A model generated the notes under the pieces. That model was not told where the DNA came from. It worked only from the letters and a program-made list of their open reading frames with translations, and made no database searches. A DNA stretch of 63,334 nucleotides, taken from positions 131,179 to 194,512 of the forward strand of contig MSGY01000006.1 in the NCBI GenBank assembly GCA_001940895.1, written 5' to 3'. Below, piece after piece: positions 29,852 through 39,127 of this stretch. The first letter of the stretch is position 1. Every line of letters starts with the position of its first letter. The position numbers and the translations under genes are program-made. The stretch is from Christensenellaceae bacterium Phil10. Its GTDB lineage: Bacteria; Bacillota; Clostridia; Christensenellales; CAG-917.

Positions 29852-30772
29852 TTATTTGTTTTCGTACACCCGCCAAAGAAAATCTTTTTCCTTTTTAAGC
29901 ACTATGCGCGCCGCGGGCATCCAGAGTTTCAGATTGTAGTCGTGGAAGGAGTTAAGCGGCTCGTAAGAGCAGAAGTATTCGTATTTCACGCCGTTTTCTT
30001 CAAGGGCTTTGCGAAGTTTTTTGCTGCCGCAGTTGGTAAATACGTCCTGAATGCCGTTGTTGAGGAAAAGGCGGGGGAAGTCGGGCGTAACGCCGTTAAA
30101 CACCTGCAACTGCTCGTAATAGGGATATTCCGATTTAAGTTTTTTGTAATTTTTGATACCCGTGCAGTGATACGTCATCGTGCGTATAATGGGAAGGTTG
30201 ATTATCTTCCCTTCGAAATCGATTGCGGGGCAGTTGAGAATAGCGCCTTTTATTTTTATTTCGGGCACGTCGGGAAGGCCGAGTTTCTCGCGGTATTCGG
30301 GACGAGCCTGACAGTTTATCGTCGCGACGGAAAGATGACCGCCCGCGCTGTCGCCGGAAATCACGAGATTATCGAGGTCGAGGCCGTATTTCACCGCGTT
30401 GTTCACAATCCACTGCAAGGCCTTATAAACCTGTTTCATATAATCGGGGAATTGATATTTCGGCCCGAGACAGTAGTTTATATTTATGGTAAACGCGCCC
30501 GTACGCGCCATATGCTGGCAATAGGACCTGCGCATTTTTTTATCGCCCGTAATCCAGCCGCCGCCGTGAATCATAAGAAAAACGGGAAATTTGCCCGGCG
30601 TGAGCTTTCCGCGCTGGTTTTCGTCGTAGATTATGTCGAGTTTACCCGTTTCGGGCATATCCTCGTCGTAAACTATATCTTTGATTTCGGTAAGTTCTTT
30701 ACAGGGAAAACGGTTGCAAAGAACGTATTTGATACAATCGTCGATATAAAAAACCGTGCTTAAAAGAGACAT
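29852..30772 (-). CDS. Alpha/beta hydrolase, hormone-sensitive lipase (HSL) family
   Basis: HGGGW oxyanion motif, GDSAGG nucleophile, QD and FHD triad candidates; ATG 30772 after GGAGG. Confidence 0.88.
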   Translation of the reverse strand: MSLLSTVFYIDDCIKYVLCNRFPCKELTEIKDIVYDEDMPETGKLDIIYDENQRGKLTPGKFPVFLMIHGGGWITGDKKMRRSYCQHMARTGAFTININYCLGPKYQFPDYMKQVYKALQWIVNNAVKYGLDLDNLVISGDSAGGHLSVATINCQARPEYREKLGLPDVPEIKIKGAILNCPAIDFEGKIINLPIIRTMTYHCTGIKNYKKLKSEYPYYEQLQVFNGVTPDFPRLFLNNGIQDVFTNCGSKKLRKALEENGVKYEYFCSYEPLNSFHDYNLKLWMPAARIVLKKEKDFLWRVYENK

Positions 30773-31044
30773 AATTATCCTCCGGAAATCTGTTATTATA
30801 AGTATAATAAAAATTTTCGGGATATGCAACAAAATTCGGATAATTGTCATAAGCCGCGAGAAACGGCATAAAATCGAGAGGGGATTGCCGCCCCGGGCCC
30901 CTGTTTTAAAGGAATAACCTCGGTAATTTCTTTACACAAAAAAGCAAGTGTATAATTTATTTTTTTTATGACGATTGCGTTTTGAAAAAAAGTGGCCGCT
31001 ATGGTAATATTAAATTAATAAATAAATTAAAAGGGGGTTTTCCC

Positions 31045-31833
31045 ATGGACAACATCACCAAGGCAAAAATCAATCTGTTTGCTGTTCTCAGGAACCTTGA
31101 AGATTTGTGCGAAATGGATTCCGTCTCGGCAGATATCGTCAAGGACACAAAAATCTCGGTTCAGTTCAACGTGCCCGACGTCGGCAGCGCCACGTTGGAT
31201 TTCGACCACGGCAAATGCAAATTCACCCGCGGCAAAAAACACGCGGCGTTGCAATTGTTCTTTACTTCGGCGGAGCATTTCAACAATTTAATCGACCCCC
31301 CGAAAGATAAAAACGGCAAACCGAAAACAGTCGTTCCCATTTTTTACAACGTTTTCAAAGTGGGATTTCTGCTTAATCAGTTCACGAAGCTTGCCGACCG
31401 TCTGAGTTATTATCTCCAGCCGGCGCCCGACAAGGCGGAGCAACTTCTTGCCGACCCCGAATACTTCCGTGTAAATACCGTTCTCACTTTATACACCGCA
31501 TTGTTTGCTCTTTGCGAAGTTGCCAACAGCGACAAAGTCGGCAAATTGTGCGCAAAGCGTATGTGCGACGGTAAAATTGCCGCGGGTATTCCCGGAGGAC
31601 CTCAGCTCAATATCGAGGTCAAAGACCACAAACTTTACGGCGCAAAAGGCGCAATCGACGACTGGTCGGCGCAGATGTACTTTGCGGACCTTCAGTTCGC
31701 TCACGACATTTTAAACGGAAACGCTTCGAGCTTCGGCGGAATGGGCAGCGGACAATTCCAGGTCAGAGGCCGTCTCGATATGCTTGAACAAATGGCAAAG
31801 ATGCTCAATATAGTCGGCGCATATCTCGCTTAA
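31045..31833 (+). CDS. Uncharacterised protein with probable tandem SCP2-like lipid-binding domains
   Basis: Two halves with the SCP2 pattern (VQFNV..ATLDF..GKC; LNIEVKD..G..MYF.D...IL.G....G.FQVRG); fold call by eye. Confidence 0.6.
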   Translation: MDNITKAKINLFAVLRNLEDLCEMDSVSADIVKDTKISVQFNVPDVGSATLDFDHGKCKFTRGKKHAALQLFFTSAEHFNNLIDPPKDKNGKPKTVVPIFYNVFKVGFLLNQFTKLADRLSYYLQPAPDKAEQLLADPEYFRVNTVLTLYTALFALCEVANSDKVGKLCAKRMCDGKIAAGIPGGPQLNIEVKDHKLYGAKGAIDDWSAQMYFADLQFAHDILNGNASSFGGMGSGQFQVRGRLDMLEQMAKMLNIVGAYLA

Positions 31834-31844
31834 GGAGGAATATT

Positions 31845-33134
31845 ATGAATCTCGTTTACGAACCCAAGAAAATCATTGACGTATCAAAAAGTCAGGCCAC
31901 TTTCAAAAGGGCTCTGAACTGCATTCCCGCAGGTATTTACGGACATCTCGGACCTTCCGAAGGATGTATGGTACCCGTTTCGTCCTATCCTCTTTATATG
32001 GATCACGCGCAAGGCGCGTATATCTGGGATATCGACGGCAACAGAATTATCGACTACATGTGCGGTTACGGCCCCAACTATCTCGGATATAACGACCCCG
32101 ACGTCGACGCGGCGGCGGCCGCCCAGAGAAAAAAGGGCGATTGCACGACGCTTATCAGCGATATTACCGTCGAGTTTGCGGAAGAAGTCTGCAGCACGAT
32201 AAACATGGCGGACTGGGCGTTCTTCGCCAAAAACGGCAACGACGTTACTCAGTTTGCGATGATGATTGCCCGCGCCTATACGGGCCGCAAAAAAATGGTG
32301 CTTACCAAAGGCTGGTATCACGGCGTATCTCCCTGGACGCAGAAACTCGGATATTCGGGCATAGTCGAAGAGGACGTATGCAATAACCTCTATATCGAAT
32401 GGAATCATCCCGAGCAGTTCGAAGCGCTGTGCAAACAGTACGACGGACAGATTGCGGGCTTTATTTCCCAGCCCTATCAGCACGGCAACTTCTGCGATAA
32501 CGAACTTCCCGCCCCCGGATACTGGCAGAAAATACGCGAAATCTGCGACAAATACGGCGTAGTTCTTATTATCGACGACGTGCGCGCGGGCTTCCGTATC
32601 GATATCAAAGGTTCCGATTACCATTACGGCATCAAATCCGACCTGTCTTGCTTCTGCAAGGCGATAGCAAACGGCTATAACGTATCCGTGCTTTGCGGCA
32701 ACAAGAAACTTCTCAACGCGACTTCCGACGTCGCTTATACGGGAAGTTACTGGCTGTCCGCCGTTCCTTTTGCGGCGGGTATCGCGACGCTTCGCAAGGC
32801 AAAAGCGTTAAACGCTACCGAAGAAAACGCCAAAAAGGGCAAAAAACTTACCGACGGCCTTAAAGAAATCGCAAAGGACAACGGATTCGATTTAAGAGTT
32901 ACCGGCGAGCCGGGCATGTTCTATCTGCGTCTTGCAAACGACCTGCCTTCGCGCGTAATCCATCAGGATTGGGTATGCGAATGCGTCAAACGCGGCGTAT
33001 TCTTCACGAGCCATCACAATCACTTCATAAACTATGCCCTCAGCGACGAGGACATTCAGTACACCTGGGAAGTTGCGGACGAGGCGTACAAAGTAGTACG
33101 CGAACGCTATCCTCAGGCGGAATTCATAAAATAA
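31845..33134 (+). CDS. Class III PLP aminotransferase, FumI (aminopentol aminotransferase)-like
   Basis: IPAGIYGH, IDYMCGYGPN, KNGNDVT, YHGVSPW, DDVRAGFR, catalytic K in FCKAIANGY, TGSYW. Confidence 0.85.
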   Translation: MNLVYEPKKIIDVSKSQATFKRALNCIPAGIYGHLGPSEGCMVPVSSYPLYMDHAQGAYIWDIDGNRIIDYMCGYGPNYLGYNDPDVDAAAAAQRKKGDCTTLISDITVEFAEEVCSTINMADWAFFAKNGNDVTQFAMMIARAYTGRKKMVLTKGWYHGVSPWTQKLGYSGIVEEDVCNNLYIEWNHPEQFEALCKQYDGQIAGFISQPYQHGNFCDNELPAPGYWQKIREICDKYGVVLIIDDVRAGFRIDIKGSDYHYGIKSDLSCFCKAIANGYNVSVLCGNKKLLNATSDVAYTGSYWLSAVPFAAGIATLRKAKALNATEENAKKGKKLTDGLKEIAKDNGFDLRVTGEPGMFYLRLANDLPSRVIHQDWVCECVKRGVFFTSHHNHFINYALSDEDIQYTWEVADEAYKVVRERYPQAEFIK

Positions 33135-33152
33135 TCTCAGGAGGAATCAATT

Positions 33153-34022
33153 ATGGCTTTAACTAAACAAGAGTGGATAAGGCTTGAAGAGAAAGCCGAC
33201 GAGTTGCGCAAACTCTGCGTTTACACCACGCATTGTTCGAGCGGACACATCGGCGGCAGTATGAGTGCGGCAGACGTTCTCACCGCGCTTTACTACAAGT
33301 ATATGAACTTCGACCCGAAGAATCCCGACGATCCCGACCGCGACAGATGCATCGTCTCGAAGGGACACATCGGCATTTTCCTGGCGGGTATGTTCGCCGA
33401 CCTCGGCCTTATCGACAAGGAAGAACTCAAGACGTTCAACCTTACCGGCAGCCGTCTCGGAATGCACCTCGACAGCAACAAGGTCAAAGGTCTCGACGCC
33501 TCGACCGGCTCTCTGGGACACGGACCCTCGCTTGCTCTCGGTATGGCTTATGCCGCACGTCTTAACAAACAAAACTACACGACTTACGTTATGACGGGCG
33601 ACGGCGAACTCGACGAAGGCTCCTGCTGGGAAGCGTTCATGGCGATTTCGCACTTCAAACTCACCAATCTCGTAACGATTATTGACCGCAACCATTTCAG
33701 TATCGACGGCAACACCGAAGACGTTATGGCGCTTGAACCTCTTGCGGACAAGATGACGGCGTTCGGCTTCGATACGAAAGTTATCAACGGCCATCGTTTC
33801 GACGAAATATGCGAGGCTCTCGAATACGCAAAGAAAGCCCCGAAGGGGAAACCCGTTTGCATTATTTCCGATTCCGTAAAGGGTGCGGGAATGAAACTCA
33901 CGGCAGGCAATTTCAAGTGGCACTACGGCGCCATCAACGACGAAATGTACGAAGTGTGTCTGAAAGACCTCGACGAATACAAGAAAGAGAGAATCGCGGT
34001 AGCGGAAAAGGAGGGTATATAA
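33153..34022 (+). CDS. Split transketolase-like enzyme, N-terminal (ThDP-binding) subunit
   Basis: SGHIGG, SKGH, STGSLGHG, GDGELDEG...IDRN. Confidence 0.92.
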   Translation: MALTKQEWIRLEEKADELRKLCVYTTHCSSGHIGGSMSAADVLTALYYKYMNFDPKNPDDPDRDRCIVSKGHIGIFLAGMFADLGLIDKEELKTFNLTGSRLGMHLDSNKVKGLDASTGSLGHGPSLALGMAYAARLNKQNYTTYVMTGDGELDEGSCWEAFMAISHFKLTNLVTIIDRNHFSIDGNTEDVMALEPLADKMTAFGFDTKVINGHRFDEICEALEYAKKAPKGKPVCIISDSVKGAGMKLTAGNFKWHYGAINDEMYEVCLKDLDEYKKERIAVAEKEGI

Positions 34023-34023
34023 T

Positions 34024-35109
34024 ATGGCTGGCGGATTAGTTTATACAGCGCTTGAAAGCACTTCAATGGCCACGGCGGAAATCTACGGCAAAACTCTCGT
34101 CAAACTGGGCGAGCAGAATCCCAAAATCGTAGCACTTACCGCAGACCTTAAAGGTTCAACCAAAATCGGCGACTTCGCGGCAAAATTCCCCGAAAGAACC
34201 ATCAACGTCGGTATTGCCGAACAGAATATGTACGGTATGGCGGCGGGTCTCGCGAAATGCGGATTCATTCCCTTCGCGTCCTCGTTCTCGGTATTTGCGT
34301 CTCTCCGTGCTCTCGACCAGATTCACACCGATATCTGCTATCAGAACGTCAACGTGAAAATAATCGGTACGCACGGCGGCACCTCGTTCGGACAGGCGGG
34401 TTCCACCCACCACGCAATCGAGGACTTTGCTGTTATCCGTTCGCTTGCGAATATGACTCTTATCTGCCCTGCAGACGGTATCGAAACGGGCAAAGCGGTC
34501 GAGGCGGCGGCAAACACCGAAGGCCCCTTCTATATCCGTATTAACCGCGGTTTCGACCAGACTGTTTACGCAGACGACAAATACGATTTCGAAGTAGGCA
34601 AAGCCGTTCTTCTTAACGAAGGCAACGATATCACGATTATCGCATGCGGTTCCTGCGTATATCAGGCTGTTCAGGCGGCGAAGATTCTTAAGTACGACCA
34701 CGATATCAACGCTCGCGTCCTCAATATGCACACCATTAAACCTATCGACAGAGAAGCTATTTTGTCGGCGGTAAACGATACGAGACGCATTATCACCGCT
34801 GAAGACCATTCGGTTATCGGCGGTCTCGGCAGCGCCGTTGCGGAAGTCGTCATCGAAGCGGGCAAAGCGTGCGCGTTCAGAAAACTCGGCATTCAGGACC
34901 AGTTCAGTAAAATCGGTCTGCACGAGGATCTTATGGCTATGCACGAAATCGACGCCGAAGGCATCGTGAAAAACGCTCTCGAAGTTATCAATCAGGACTT
35001 CGAAAAAGAGGGCGTTCACGGTTCGGCCGTCAAAGCGGAAGGCGCCGGAAAAGCGGCTTCCGCCGTTAAACTTGCTCCTCAGGGCGCAAACTGGGTTGAC
35101 GAGGTATAA
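34024..35109 (+). CDS. Split transketolase-like enzyme, C-terminal subunit
   Basis: ADL, GIAEQN, TH..ED, IKPID, AEDH..IGGLG. Confidence 0.92.
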   Translation: MAGGLVYTALESTSMATAEIYGKTLVKLGEQNPKIVALTADLKGSTKIGDFAAKFPERTINVGIAEQNMYGMAAGLAKCGFIPFASSFSVFASLRALDQIHTDICYQNVNVKIIGTHGGTSFGQAGSTHHAIEDFAVIRSLANMTLICPADGIETGKAVEAAANTEGPFYIRINRGFDQTVYADDKYDFEVGKAVLLNEGNDITIIACGSCVYQAVQAAKILKYDHDINARVLNMHTIKPIDREAILSAVNDTRRIITAEDHSVIGGLGSAVAEVVIEAGKACAFRKLGIQDQFSKIGLHEDLMAMHEIDAEGIVKNALEVINQDFEKEGVHGSAVKAEGAGKAASAVKLAPQGANWVDEV

Positions 35110-35112
35110 ATT

Positions 35113-35949
35113 ATGGCAATGACTGCAGGCGATAAATACGCGCTGAGACTTTTCTTCTTCGCGGCTATTCCCCTGGCAAAAACCGTTGCCGAAAACGACC
35201 CGAAATTCGTAAAGAAATTCAAGGGTAAAAATTTCGTTTTCCAAATCAGCGTTTTGTCTCCGGAATTCAAGAAGACGGGAAAACTTTCGACGCATTTCGT
35301 CGTCAAAGACGGCAAGTGGGAAACTCACACCGGCGAGACTCATCCCCGTCCCGACGTCGAACTGGAATTTTCAAATCCCGATAAGTTCATTCTTTTCTTC
35401 ACGGGCAAGGGTATGCCTCTTCCCAAAATCAAAGGAGCGCTTGCGCATCTTCCCACGTTCGTCAACATTCTGATGACGCTTCTGAGAATGGCGGGTCTCC
35501 TTCAGGCGACGGACGTCCCCGCAAAACCCGAAGACCAGGAACTTCTCGTGCTTTTGTATATCAATCTTCTGACAGTGGGCGTAAGCCAGCTCAACAGGGT
35601 GGAACATCCGGGAGTAAAGGCTTTCACCACGGGAAGTCCCGACCGCGTATATGCTTTTGCGGTAACGGGATATGAGAAACTTCAGGGATGGCTCCGCGTG
35701 AAAGACGGACAGACCGTTTCCGGCAGAGGAGAGTGCAAGCGTTGCAAACCTTTCGTATGTATGCGTTTCGACTCACCTAAGCACGCGCTCGAAATCCTTA
35801 TGAGTAAAGCCGAAATGATACCCTATATGCAAAACGGATATCTTACCATCGAAGGCGCGCCCGAATTCGGCAACGAGCTTTCGATACAGTTGTTCACCGT
35901 TGCGTACTACGCGCAGGGAACTTATCTCGACGATCAGAAAAAACAATAA
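35113..35949 (+). CDS. Second tandem SCP2-like protein (paralogue of 31045-31833)
   Basis: FVFQISV..HFVVKDG..PDVELEF; WLRVKDG..G..MRFDS...IL.......NGYLTIEG. Confidence 0.6.
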   Translation: MAMTAGDKYALRLFFFAAIPLAKTVAENDPKFVKKFKGKNFVFQISVLSPEFKKTGKLSTHFVVKDGKWETHTGETHPRPDVELEFSNPDKFILFFTGKGMPLPKIKGALAHLPTFVNILMTLLRMAGLLQATDVPAKPEDQELLVLLYINLLTVGVSQLNRVEHPGVKAFTTGSPDRVYAFAVTGYEKLQGWLRVKDGQTVSGRGECKRCKPFVCMRFDSPKHALEILMSKAEMIPYMQNGYLTIEGAPEFGNELSIQLFTVAYYAQGTYLDDQKKQ

Positions 35950-35961
35950 AACGTCGTATAC

Positions 35962-35998
35962 TATAAAAACCCTCCCGGATTTCGGGAGGGTTTTTATA
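35962..35998. terminator. Bidirectional terminator ending the aminotransferase-transketolase operon
   Basis: TATAAAAACCCTCCCG-gattt-CGGGAGGGTTTTTATA. Confidence 0.88.
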
Positions 35999-36028
35999 TA
36001 TTAAATCTTAAGAGGTTGTGTGCAAAAA

Positions 36029-37192
36029 TCAGATGCTGTAATTTTCCGAAGACATACGTTCTTCGTGCTCGGCGTCGATGAGCTTCAGCGTAGCGTTTAG
36101 TTTCTTATTGCACGCTACGTACAGAGTATATGCCGCAAGTCCGACTATCTTTACCGAGGAATGAAAAATATTCGAAGCGTTTATCGCCTGTATTTCGTTG
36201 TCGGGATACAGGAGACTGCCGAACGGAATGAAGTCCATTATGCCGTAAACTACGGCAAACAGTATGCTTGCAAGACCCATTCTGAGATAAACCTCGCCGT
36301 ATTTCGCGCTCTTTTTCTTTCCTGCGGCAATTATTATTCCGAGTATCAGTAAAGCGGCGACCGTAATCCCGTCAACCGTTTCGTATGCAATGAAAACCGA
36401 ATGCTGTTTTTCGGGATAGAGCGAGCCGAACGCCTCGATAAAGGGAAGGACGACGAGATGTATTAACATAAACGTCACTGCGATTATCGCGGGTTTTACG
36501 ATGCCGGGTTTGAATTCCGTCTCTTCGCCGGCAGGAAGAAGGTTTTTCTTTTTTTCGTGACGGGAGTGTGCGAGGAAAATGCCGTATTCGATTACGACTC
36601 GCAAAGCGAGAATAGTCATACCGATGTCTTCGATAAACGGGGTTTTTATGCCGATGAGTCTAAGAGGAGCCCAGAATAACGTTACTTTGGTATCGTAATT
36701 GAATGCGGTAAGGAATATACAAGCCGCTATCGACGATACGGCGGACGTGTAAAAATATCTGACGTGTCTCGTGTGGCTGTGAAAATTGAGGAAAGTGAGC
36801 AAAAGACAGGTGAACGCGTTTGCAAGATAAAGAGCCGCTATTGCCGATACCCACGGTATATACGTGCTGACCGTGGTATAGTCGGATAAAAACGTGTAAT
36901 TCTGTACGTTGAAATGCACGAGAGTAATCCAGAAAGCGACGATTTCGGTGGCTACGTAAAGGATTTCTTTTTTGTTTGAAAGAGGAGAAAAGTTTCTGAA
37001 ATCTATGTAGCCGAGCACGAAAACGACGGGAATGACAATCATCAATACGAGATTAACGATTGCGGCCGCTTTTACGCTGTCTTTTGAAATAGCAAAAAGG
37101 TTAACCGCGCTCAGAACGGCAAACACGGCAAGCAGAAACCAATATATGTTAAGCAGCGCTTTTCTTTTTTCGTCAGAAGTTCCTTTTTCCAT
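36029..37192 (-). CDS. Polytopic membrane protein of unknown function
   Basis: About 10-11 hydrophobic segments; start uncertain (ATG 37192 chosen). Confidence 0.65.
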   Translation of the reverse strand: MEKGTSDEKRKALLNIYWFLLAVFAVLSAVNLFAISKDSVKAAAIVNLVLMIVIPVVFVLGYIDFRNFSPLSNKKEILYVATEIVAFWITLVHFNVQNYTFLSDYTTVSTYIPWVSAIAALYLANAFTCLLLTFLNFHSHTRHVRYFYTSAVSSIAACIFLTAFNYDTKVTLFWAPLRLIGIKTPFIEDIGMTILALRVVIEYGIFLAHSRHEKKKNLLPAGEETEFKPGIVKPAIIAVTFMLIHLVVLPFIEAFGSLYPEKQHSVFIAYETVDGITVAALLILGIIIAAGKKKSAKYGEVYLRMGLASILFAVVYGIMDFIPFGSLLYPDNEIQAINASNIFHSSVKIVGLAAYTLYVACNKKLNATLKLIDAEHEERMSSENYSI

Positions 37193-37300
37193 ATAACAAT
37201 TAAATGCTATCATAATTCGACAAAAAATCAAAACGATTTAATTAAGACGAATTGTAAATAATGTATAAATTTTTGACATTAATATACAATAATCAATATT

Positions 37301-37723
37301 ATGAAAAAAATTACTGTTGCATTAATTACGTTTATGACGGTGTGCTTCGCGTGCGGTTTTTATTCTGACGAACGGCAGTCGGCCCGGGCATACGATATTT
37401 ACTCTCTTTTTAAGGACGGCCATCTTCGCTTTTACGAAAACGAGCTGGCAAAAGAAAAGGTGTACAGTCAATATAGCGACAGCGAACTTTCCGAAACGGC
37501 ACATAAACATAATATTTCGGTCGATAAACTAAAGAAAATAATGGTTTTTCAGCATATGATGCATACGGTCGGCAAAGAATATTCGGTTGAAGACGTTCTG
37601 AAAGCAAGCAACAGACAAATTGTCGGCGATTTGAAATCATACGTCGAATTTCTGAAAAAAACGAAAAGCGAAGAAGAACTTAAAGAACTGGAAATCAAGT
37701 TTAAAGAAGCGGGAAGAGAATAA
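37301..37723 (+). CDS. Hypothetical secreted protein
   Basis: Signal-peptide-like N-terminus MKKITVALITFMTVCFACG; followed by terminator. Confidence 0.65.
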   Translation: MKKITVALITFMTVCFACGFYSDERQSARAYDIYSLFKDGHLRFYENELAKEKVYSQYSDSELSETAHKHNISVDKLKKIMVFQHMMHTVGKEYSVEDVLKASNRQIVGDLKSYVEFLKKTKSEEELKELEIKFKEAGRE

Positions 37724-37755
37724 AAAAGGTTAAGGCGCGTGCCTTAACCTTTTTA
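37722..37755. terminator. Bidirectional terminator ending the aldolase operon
   Basis: AAAAAGGTTAAGGC-gcgt-GCCTTAACCTTTTT. Confidence 0.88.
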
Positions 37756-37767
37756 TAATCCGTAATT

Positions 37768-38412
37768 TTATTTTTTGTATGTTTTGTTAAAGTATTCGAC
37801 GGATAAATCCACGGAATATTCGTCGGCGCCCGTTTTCTTGACGGTTTCGCGCTCGATATATTCGCGGCATCCGTTTTCAAGCGCGCGGCACGCTTCGAAA
37901 GCGTCTTCCATCGTTTTGCCGCAGACGAAGACGCCGTGGTTTGCAAGAAAACACGCGTTGCGTCCTTCAATTGCGGCAAGGGCGTTTTTCGTGAGTTTAC
38001 CGGTGCCGGCAAGACCGTATTTCGCGCATTTTACGTCGCCGCCGAGATATTTTTTCATGTTATCGTTCATAGCGGGCAACGAGAGATGAGTGCTTGCAAA
38101 CGTCGCGCCCCACGTGGGATGACTGTGAAGAACGACGTTTATTTCGGGTCTTGCGCGAAGAATCGCCGCGTGAATTTTTCTTTCGCTGGTCGGTTTTCTC
38201 GGACCCGTCCATTCGAGGGTTTCGATATCGACGACGGGAAGGTCGTCGGGCGTCATTACGACGTAGTCGAGTCCCGAAGGGGTTACGAGGGCGTGTTTAT
38301 CGTCTATGCGCACCGAAATATTGCCCCACGTGCCTTGCACGAGGTTTTCTTCAAGCATACGGATGCCCGCGTCTTTTACCATTTGTCTCAATTCCTGTTC
38401 GGTATAAGCCAT
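37768..38412 (-). CDS. Class II aldolase, L-fuculose-1-phosphate aldolase-like
   Basis: GTWGNIS, TPSG, PTSE..IH, LHSHP, LANHG: catalytic Glu and three Zn His present. Confidence 0.88.
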   Translation of the reverse strand: MAYTEQELRQMVKDAGIRMLEENLVQGTWGNISVRIDDKHALVTPSGLDYVVMTPDDLPVVDIETLEWTGPRKPTSERKIHAAILRARPEINVVLHSHPTWGATFASTHLSLPAMNDNMKKYLGGDVKCAKYGLAGTGKLTKNALAAIEGRNACFLANHGVFVCGKTMEDAFEACRALENGCREYIERETVKKTGADEYSVDLSVEYFNKTYKK

Positions 38413-38421
38413 AAAAACCTC

Positions 38422-39075
38422 CTATTCGCGCTCGGCTTTGAGCAATTCTTCCTGGTTGGTCTTGCTGTATTTTTTCATATAGACGACGTGTTCGAGCAGG
38501 GCGCCGATTTTTCCCACGGGTTTGCAACCGCCGACGGCTTGCGACATAATAAGAGTATGCGCGGCCTTGTCGATGACGAGGCAGGAAGTAAAAGCCTCGT
38601 TCAGCGTTTTGCCGGTTGACAGAATTCCTATGTCCGAAAGCAGGCACGCCGTACGGCCTTTAAGCGCTTTTCTGATGCCCGAAATATCGTTGGTTTTTGC
38701 CGTTCTTGCGGTGGGACCGACTATCTGCGCCATATCGTCGAGAACGGGCGGTATGGAAACTTTTTTGTTGGCGACGGCAAGCGCGAAAACGGGAGATGTA
38801 ACCATGACCGCGCCCGTAAGAGGATTTTCTCTGTAAAGCTTAACGTGCATGAGAGCCTCTTTCAGAGTATCCGAAGGACAACGGTCGGTTTTATCGAAAA
38901 ATACCTCAATCACGTCTTCAGCGTTCAAATCTTTAAAATTAACGCCCGATTTCGTAATATACATACTGTTTTCGGTCGCGCGTACGCTGATGTTGTTGAC
39001 GTTGCTTCCGAAAAGATTTTCGTCAAAAACCTTATGCGCGTATTCCACGACGGTGTTTTGAAGTTTTGCGTTCAT
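38422..39075 (-). CDS. Class II aldolase/adducin-fold protein lacking the Zn ligands
   Basis: NNISVR, ITKSG, E...H retained, but HxH replaced by VTS and NHG by DIG. Confidence 0.75.
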   Translation of the reverse strand: MNAKLQNTVVEYAHKVFDENLFGSNVNNISVRATENSMYITKSGVNFKDLNAEDVIEVFFDKTDRCPSDTLKEALMHVKLYRENPLTGAVMVTSPVFALAVANKKVSIPPVLDDMAQIVGPTARTAKTNDISGIRKALKGRTACLLSDIGILSTGKTLNEAFTSCLVIDKAAHTLIMSQAVGGCKPVGKIGALLEHVVYMKKYSKTNQEELLKAERE

Positions 39076-39086
39076 ATCTTCACCTT

Positions 39087-39118
39087 AAAAAGAGCGGGCG
39101 GAAGGTTATTCCGCCCGC
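39087..39118 (-). terminator. Intra-operonic hairpin (weak terminator or mRNA stabiliser)
   Basis: GCGGGCGGAA-N5-TTCCGCCCGC followed on the minus strand by TCTTTT, directly before the aldolase SD. Confidence 0.55.
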
Positions 39119-39127
39119 GCAACGGTT

